Of a stretch of 64,000 nucleotides of DNA, positions 56,301 to 64,000 are shown in pieces. Below the pieces are notes generated by a model. It did not search any database and was not told the DNA's origin. It saw only the letters and a program-made list of their open reading frames with translations. A program made the position numbers and the translations under genes. The stretch covers positions 7,998,001 to 8,062,000 of the forward strand of contig OZ059900.1 in assembly GCA_964057225.1 (NCBI GenBank). The letters are read 5' to 3'. Position 1 is the first letter of the stretch; each line of letters begins with the position of its first letter. This DNA comes from Auanema rhodensis (lineage: Eukaryota; Animalia; Nematoda).

Positions 56301-59300
56301 AAATTCAGGATTCATAAACTTTGACTATTTTTACATATATATGTCCAATTTCAACCACTTTGGTCAAAAAGGACCGAAAATATCAAGAATTATTGGTTTT
56401 TTGGGGTTTGAAGGGCATTTTGGCTAAATCAGTCAAACTTTTGATCTTAAGCATATTTTTTTCTTCTAAAACGACTAAATGTATGAAATACTGTCATAGA
56501 ATGTTGATATAGGTGTATTTTGCACGAATATCAAAACTGATTGAAATATGGGCCTTTTTATGCTCAAAACGCCATATATTCAACGATTTTGGGTTCAAAA
56601 CATGTGAAAACTGTATGTTTTGATCAGACCCTTTGAGATATGGATTTGAAATTCAGGATCCATAAACTTTGACTATTTTTACATATATATGTTCAATTTT
56701 AACCACTATGGTCAAAAAGGACCGAAAATATCAAGAATTATTGGTTTTTTGGGGTTTGAAGGGCATTTTGGCAAAATCAGTCAAACTTTTGATCTTAAGC
56801 ATATTTTTTTCTTCTAAAACGACTAAATGTATGAAATACTGTCATAGAATGTTCATATAGGTGTATTTTGCACGAATATCAAAACTGATTGAAATATGGG
56901 CCTTTTTATGCTCAAAACGCCATATATTCAACGATTTTGGGTACAAAACATGTGAAAACTGTATGTTTTGATCAGACCCTTTGAGATATGGATTTGAAAT
57001 TCAGGATTCATAAACTTTGACTATTTTTACATATATATGTTCAATTTTAACCACTTTGGTCAAGAAGGACCGAAAATATCAAGAATTATTGGTTTTTTGG
57101 GGTTTGAAGGGCATTTTGGCAAAATCAGTCAAACTTTTGATCTTAAGCATATTTTTTTCTTCTAAAACGACTAAATGTATAAAATACTGTCATAGAATGT
57201 TCATATAGGTGTATTTTGCACGAATATCAAAACTGATTGAAATATGGGCCTTTTTATGCTCAAAACGCCATATATTCAACGATTTTGGGTACAAAACATG
57301 TGAAAACTGTATGTTTTGATCACACCCTTTGAGATATGGATTTGAAATTCAGGATTCATAAACTTTGACTATTTTTACATATATATGTCCAATTTTAACC
57401 ACTTTGGTCAAAAAGGACCGAAAATATCAAGAATTATTGGTTTTTTGGGGATTGAAGGGCATTTTGGCAAAATCAGTCAAACTTTTGATCTTAAGCATAT
57501 TTTTTTCTTCTAAAACGACTAAATGTATGAAATACTGTCATAGAATGTTCATATAGGTGTATTTTGCACGAATATCAAAACTGATTGAAATATGGGCCTT
57601 TTTATGCTCAAAACGCCATATATTCAACGATTTTGGGTACAAAACATGTGAAAACTGTATGTTTTGATCAGACCCTTTGAGATATGGATTTGAAATTCAG
57701 GATTCATAAACTTTGACTATTTTTACATATATATGTCCAATTTTAACCACTTTGGTCAAAAAGGACCGAAAATATCAAGAATTATTGGTTTTTTGGGGTG
57801 TGAAGGGCATTTTGGCTGAATCAGTCAAACTTTTGATCTTAAGCATATTTTTTTCTTCTAAAACGACTAAATGTATGAAATACTGTCATAGAATGTTCAT
57901 ATAGGTGTATTTTGCACGAATATCAAAACTGATTGAAATATGGGCCTTTTTATGCTCAAAACGCCATATATTCAACGATTTTGGGTACAAAACATGTGAA
58001 AACGGTATGTTTTGATCAGACCCTTTGAGATATGGATTTGAAATTCAGGATTCATAAACTTCGACTATTTCTACATATATATGTCCAATTTTAACCACTT
58101 TGGTCAAAAAGGACCGAAAATATCAAGAATTATTGGTTTTTTGGGGTTTGAAGGGCATTTTGGCAAAATCAGTCAAACTTTTGATCTTAAGCATATTTTT
58201 TTCTTCTAAAACGACTAAATGTATGAAATACTGTCAAAGATTGTTCATATAGGTGTATTTTGCACGAATATCAAAACTGATTGAAATATGGGCCTTTTTA
58301 TGCTCAAAACGCCATATATTCAACGATTTTGGGTACAAAACATGTGAAAACTGTATGTTATGATCAGACCCTTTGAGATATGGATTTAAAATTCAGGATT
58401 CATAAAATTCGACTATTTTTACATATATATGTCCAATTTTAACCACTGTGGTCAAAAAGGACCGAAAATATCAAGAATTATTGGTTTTTTGGGGTTTGAA
58501 GGGCATTTTGGCAAAATCAGTCAAACTTTTGATCTTAAGCATATTTTTTTCTTCTAAAACGACTAAATGTATGAAATACTGTCATAGAATGTTCATATAG
58601 GTGTATTTTGCACGAATATCAAGACTGATTGAAACATGGGCCTTTTTATGCTCAAAACGCCATATATTCAACGATTTTGGGTACAAAACATGTGAAAACT
58701 GTATGTTTTGATCAGACCCTTTGAGATATGGATTTGAAATTCAGGATTCATAAACTTCGACTATTTCTACACATATATGTCCAATTTTAACCACTTTGGT
58801 CAAAAAGGACCGAAAATATCAAGAATTATTGGTTTTTTGGGGTTTGAAGGGCATTTTGGCTAAATCAGTCAAACTTTTGATCTTAAGCATATTTTTTTCT
58901 TCTAAAACGACTAAATGTATGAAATACTGTCATAGAATGTTCATATAGGTGTATTTTGCACGAATATAAAAACTGATTGAAATATGGGCCTTTTTATGTT
59001 CAAAACGCCATATATTCAACGATTTTGGGTACAAAACATGTGAAAACTGTATGTTTTGATCAGACCCTTTGAGATATGGATTTGAAATTCAGGATTCATA
59101 AACTTTGACTATTTTTACATATATATGTCCAATTTTAACCACTTTGGTCAAAAAGGACCGAAAATATCAAGAATTATTGGTTTTTTGGGAATTGAAGGGC
59201 ATTTTGGCAAAATCAGTCAAACTTTTGATCTTAAGCATATTTTTTTCTTCTAAAACGACTAAATGTATGAAATACTGTCATAGAATGTTCATATAGGTGT

Positions 59301-60600
59301 ATTTTGCACGAATATCAAAACTGATTGAAATATGGGCCTTTTTATGCTCAAAACGCCATATATTCAACGATTTTGGGTACAAAACATGTGAAAACTGTAT
59401 GTTTTGATCAGACCCTTTGAGATATGGATTTGAAATTCAGGATTCATAAACTTTGACTATTTTTACATATATATGTTCAATTTTAACCACTTTGGTCAAA
59501 AAGGACCGAAAATATCAAGAATTATTGGTTTTTTGGGGTTTGTAGGGCATTTTGGCTGAATCAGTCAAACTTTTGATCTTAAGCATATTTTTTTCTTCTA
59601 AAACGACTAAATGTATGAAATACTGTTAAAGATTGTTCATATAGGTGTATTTTGCACGAATATCAAAACTGATTGAAATATGGGCCTTTTTATGCTCAAA
59701 ACGCCATATATTCAACGATTTTGGGTACAAAACATGTGAAAACTGTATGTTTTGATCAGACCCTTTGAGATATGGATTTAAAATTCAGGATTCATAAAAT
59801 TCGACTATTTTTACATATATATGTCCAATTTTAACCACTTTGGTCAAAAAGGACCGAAAATATCAAGAATTATTGGTTTTTTGGGGTTTGAAGGGCATTT
59901 TGGCAAAATCAGTCAAACTTTTGATCTTAAGCATATTTTTTTCTTCTAAAACGACTAAATGTATGAAATACTGTCATAGAATGTTCATATAGGTGTATTT
60001 TGCACGAATATCAAAACTGATTGAAATATGGGCCTTTTTATGCTCAAAACGCCATATATTCAACGATTTTGGGTACAAAACATGTGAAAACTGTATGTTT
60101 TGATCAGACCCTTTGAGATATGGATTTGAAATTCAGGATTCATAAACTTCGACTATTTCTACATATATATGTCCAATTTTAACCACTTTGGTCAAAAAGG
60201 ACCGAAAATATCAAGAATTATTGGTTTTTTGGGGTTTGAAGGGCATTTTGGCAAAATCAGTCAAACTTTTGATCTTAAGCATATTTTTTTTTTCTAAAAC
60301 GACTAAATGTATGAAATACTGTCAAAGAATGTTCATATAGGTGTATTTTGCACGAATATCAAAACTGATTGAAATATGGGCCTTTTTATGCTCAAAACGC
60401 CATATATTCAACGATTTTGGGTACAAAACATGTGAAAACTGTATGTTTTGATCAGACCCTTTGAGATATGGATTTGAAATTCAGGATTCATAAACTTTGA
60501 CTATTTTTACATATATATGTTCAATTTTAACCACTTTGGTCAAAAAGGACCGAAAATATCAAGAATTATTGGTTTTTTGGGGTTTGAAGGGCATTTTGGC
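52000..60600. repeat. Block of about 9 monomers (~52000-55280) duplicated 5319 bp downstream (~57330-60600)
   Basis: ggggtGtgaag occurs at 52481 and 57800. ORF pairs are 52046/57365, 52394/57713, 53786/59105 and 55178/60497. 5319 = 15x348+99. Confidence 0.85.
55812..56009. repeat. 99-bp partial monomer, junction at 55910/55911 (copy 1)
   Basis: The junction reads ttttaacca|aaaactgtatg. ORF spacing from 55178 to 55973 is 2x348+99. Confidence 0.93.
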
Positions 60601-63218
60601 AAAATCAGTCAAACTTTTGATCTTAAGCATATTTTTTTCTTCTAAAACGACTAAATGTATGAAATACTGTCATAGAATGTTCATATAGGTGTATTTTGCA
60701 CGAATATCAAAACTGATTGAAATATGGGCCTTTTTATGTTCAAAACGCCATATATTCAACGATTTTGGGTACAAAACATGTGAAAACTGTATGTTTTGAT
60801 CAGACCCTTTGAGATATGGATTTGAAATTCAGGATTCATAAACTTTGACTATTTTTACATATATATGTTCAATTTTAACCACTTTGGTCAAAAAGGACCG
60901 AAAATATCAAGAATTATTGGTTTTTTGGGGTTTGAAGGGCATTTTGGCTGAATCAGTCAAACTTTTGATCTTAAGCATATTTTTTTCTTCTAAAACGACT
61001 AAATGTATGAAATACTGTCATAGAATGTTCATATAGGTGTATTTTGCACGAATATCAAAACTGATTGAAATATGGGAATTTTTATGCTCAAAACGCCATA
61101 TATTCAACGGATTTGGGTACAAAACATGTGAAAACGGTATGTTTTGATCAGACCCTTTGAGATATGGATTTGAATTTCAGGATTCATGAACTTTGACTAT
61201 TTTTACATATATATGTTCAATTGTAACCACTTTGGTCAAAAAGGACCGAAAATATCAAGAATTATTGGTTTTTTGGGGTTTGTAGGGCATTTTGGCTGAA
61301 TCAGTCAAACTTTTGATCTTAAGCATATTTTTTTCTTCTAAAACGACTAAATGTATGAAATACTGTTAAAGATTGTTCATATAGGTGTATTTTGCACGAA
61401 TATCAAAACTGATTGAAATATGGGCCTTTTTATGCTCAAAACGCCATATATTCAACGATTTTGGGTACAAAACATGTGAAAACTGTATGTTTTGATCAGA
61501 CCCTTTGAGATATGGATTTAAAATTCAGGATTCATAAAATTCGACTATTTTTACATATATATGTCCAATTTTAACCACTTTGGTCAAAAAGGACCGAAAA
61601 TATCAAGAATTATTGGTTTTTTGGGGTTTGAAGGGCATTTTGGCAAAATCAGTCAAACTTTTGATCTTAAGCATATTTTTTTCTTCTAAAACGACTAAAT
61701 GTATGAAATACTGTCATAGAATGTTCATATAGGTGTATTTTGCACGAATATCAAAACTGATTGAAATATGGGCCTTTTTATGCTCAAAACGCCATATATT
61801 CAACGATTTTGGGTACAAAACATGTGAAAACTGTATGTTTTGATCAGACCCTTTGAGATATGGATTTGAAATTCAGGATTCATAAACTTCGACTATTTCT
61901 ACATATATATGTCCAATTTTAACCACTTTGGTCAAAAAGGACCGAAAATATCAAGAATTATTGGTTTTTTGGGGTTTGAAGGGCATTTTGGCAAAATCAG
62001 TCAAACTTTTGATCTTAAGCATATTTTTTTTTTCTAAAACGACTAAATGTATGAAATACTGTCAAAGAATGTTCATATAGGTGTATTTTGCACGAATATC
62101 AAAACTGATTGAAATATGGGCCTTTTTATGCTCAAAACGCCATATATTCAACGATTTTGGGTACAAAACATGTGAAAACTGTATGTTTTGATCAGACCCT
62201 TTGAGATATGGATTTGAAATTCAGGATTCATAAACTTTGACTATTTTTACATATATATGTTCAATTTTAACCACTTTGGTCAAAAAGGACCGAAAATATC
62301 AAGAATTATTGGTTTTTTGGGGTTTGAAGGGCATTTTGGCAAAATCAGTCAAACTTTTGATCTTAAGCATATTTTTTTCTTCTAAAACGACTAAATGTAT
62401 GAAATACTGTCATAGAATGTTCATATAGGTGTATTTTGCACGAATATCAAAACTGATTGAAATATGGGCCTTTTTATGTTCAAAACGCCATATATTCAAC
62501 GATTTTGGGTACAAAACATGTGAAAACTGTATGTTTTGATCAGACCCTTTGAGATATGGATTTGAAATTCAGGATTCATAAACTTTGACTATTTTTACAT
62601 ATATATGTTCAATTTTAACCACTTTGGTCAAAAAGGACCGAAAATATCAAGAATTATTGGTTTTTTGGGGTTTGAAGGGCATTTTGGCTGAATCAGTCAA
62701 ACTTTTGATCTTAAGCATATTTTTTTCTTCTAAAACGACTAAATGTATGAAATACTGTCATAGAATGTTCATATAGGTGTATTTTGCACGAATATCAAAA
62801 CTGATTGAAATATGGGAATTTTTATGCTCAAAACGCCATATATTCAACGATTTTGGGTACAAAACATGTGAAAACGGTATGTTTTGATCAGACCCTTTGA
62901 GATATGGATTTGAAATTCAGGATTCATAAACTTCGACTATTTCTACATATATATGTCCAATTTTAACCACTTTGGTCAAAAAGGACCGAAAATATCAAGA
63001 ATTATTGGTTTTTTGGGGTTTGAAGGGCATTTTGGCAAAATCAGTCAAACTTTTGATCTTAAGCATATTTTTTTCTTCTAAAACGACTAAATGTATGAAA
63101 TACTGTCATAGAATGTTCATATAGGTGTATTTTGCACGAATATCAAAACTGATTGAAATATGGGCATTTTTATGCTCAAAACGCCATATATTCAACGATT
63201 TTGGGTACAAAACATGTG

Positions 63219-63416
63219 AAAACTGTATGTTTTGATCAGACCCTTTGAGATATGGATTTGAAATTCAGGATTCATAAACTTTGACTATTTTTACATATAT
63301 ATGTTCACTTTTAACCAAAAACTGTATGTTTTGATCAGAGCCTTTGAGATATGGATTTGAAATTCAGGATCCATAAACTTTGACTATTTTTACATATATA
63401 TGTTCAATTTTAACCA
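63219..63416. repeat. 99-bp partial monomer, junction at 63317/63318 (copy 2)
   Basis: The junction is the same (ttaacca|aaaactgtatg), with the same linked variants (gagcct, ggatcc, cactatgg), 7407 bp after copy 1. Confidence 0.93.
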
Positions 63417-64000
63417 CTATGGTCAAAAAGGACCGAAAATATCAAGAATTATTGGTTTTTTGGGGTTTGAAGGGCATTTTGGCAAAATCAGTCAAACTTT
63501 TGATCTTAAGCATATTTTTTTCTTCTAAAACGACTAAATGTATGAAATACTGTCATAGAATGTTCATATAGGTGTATTTTGCACGAATATCAAAACTGAT
63601 TGAAATATGGGCCTTTTTATGCTCAAAAAGCCATATATTCAACGATTTTGGGTACAAAACATGTGAAAACTGTATGTTTTGATCAGACCCTTTGAGATAT
63701 GGATTTGAAATTCAGGATTCATAAACTTTGACTATTTTTACATATATATGTCCAATTTCAACCACTTTGGTCAAAAAGGACCGAAAATATCAAGAATTAT
63801 TGGTTTTTTGGGGTTTGAAGGGCATTTTGGCTAAATCAGTCAAACTTTTGATCTTAAGCATATTTTTTTCTTCTAAAACGACTAAATGTATGAAATACTG
63901 TCATAGAATGTTGATATAGGTGTATTTTGCACGAATATCAAAACTGATTGAAATATGGGCCTTTTTATGCTCAAAACGCCATATATTCAACGATTTTGGG

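Larger units (their letters stand above)
1..64000. repeat. Tandem satellite DNA array, 348-bp AT-rich monomer, about 184 copies, head-to-tail
   Basis: The same sequence (atggatttgaaattcaggattcataaac...gatcagaccctttgagat) recurs every 348 bp, occasionally 347, across the window. ORF-track starts are spaced by 348 or multiples of it (e.g. 3127, 3475, 3823, 4171). The array runs off both window ends. Confidence 0.99.

Noticed and set aside
30-63919. Dozens of near-identical 63-aa ORFs (MTIFTYICS...) as a multicopy gene family
   Set aside because: They start at TTG and have no recognisable domain. Roughly half of the monomers lose the frame through start loss (TCG), stop codons (TAG, TGA, TAA) or a 1-bp T-run deletion, and these broken versions are amplified just as readily. 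They are a by-product of the repeat.
1-64000. CRISPR array or repeat-spacer system
   Set aside because: There are no unique spacers. The whole 348-bp unit is repeated and no cas genes are present.
1-64000. 5S rDNA, tRNA, snRNA or spliced-leader tandem gene array
   Set aside because: I recognise no conserved RNA gene sequence, Pol III A/B/C boxes or extended stem structure in the monomer. An Infernal/Rfam scan of the consensus would settle it.
1-64000. Assignment to a known family (e.g. Drosophila 359-bp 1.688 satellite) or a CENP-B box
   Set aside because: Only the length and AT-richness are similar. I see no convincing sequence match and no canonical CENP-B box (TTCG....A..CGGG). The taxon cannot be assigned without a database search.
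1-64000. Embedded transposon, MITE or inversion
   Set aside because: All ORF-track spacings are explained by 348/347-bp multiples plus the -33, +212 and +99 events. This leaves no room for foreign inserts, and I saw no strand switch, terminal inverted repeats or target-site duplications.
1-64000. Rolling-circle or sequencing concatemer of a single small circle
   Set aside because: The variants are shared, ordered and hierarchically duplicated rather than random errors, which indicates a real evolved array.

Overview
The whole 64 kb window is one uninterrupted head-to-tail tandem array of an AT-rich satellite DNA. The monomer is 348 bp and about 30% GC by hand count, there are about 184 copies, all in the same orientation, and they differ from each other by only a few substitutions. 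I find no unique sequence, gene, RNA gene, transposon, CRISPR array or inversion. The recurring 63-aa ORFs are a by-product of the repeat. The informative structure lies in the pattern of variants. There are nested higher-order repeats (HORs) or segmental duplications of 3, 5, 6/12, 7, 8, 10, 11 and 19 monomers, plus two longer-range duplications at 5319 bp and 7407 bp spacing. Diagnostic alleles turn over from left to right, with small more-diverged zones in between. Three types of out-of-register junction occur: a 33-bp deletion, a 212-bp partial duplication, and a 99-bp partial unit present twice. The monomer has helically phased A/T tracts, a 12-bp palindrome and traces of an older internal dimer. 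This fits a eukaryotic heterochromatic, possibly (peri)centromeric, satellite. Neither the organism nor a centromeric function can be established from sequence alone, and I cannot support a novel gene-based system here. HOR boundaries are read by eye and are approximate.
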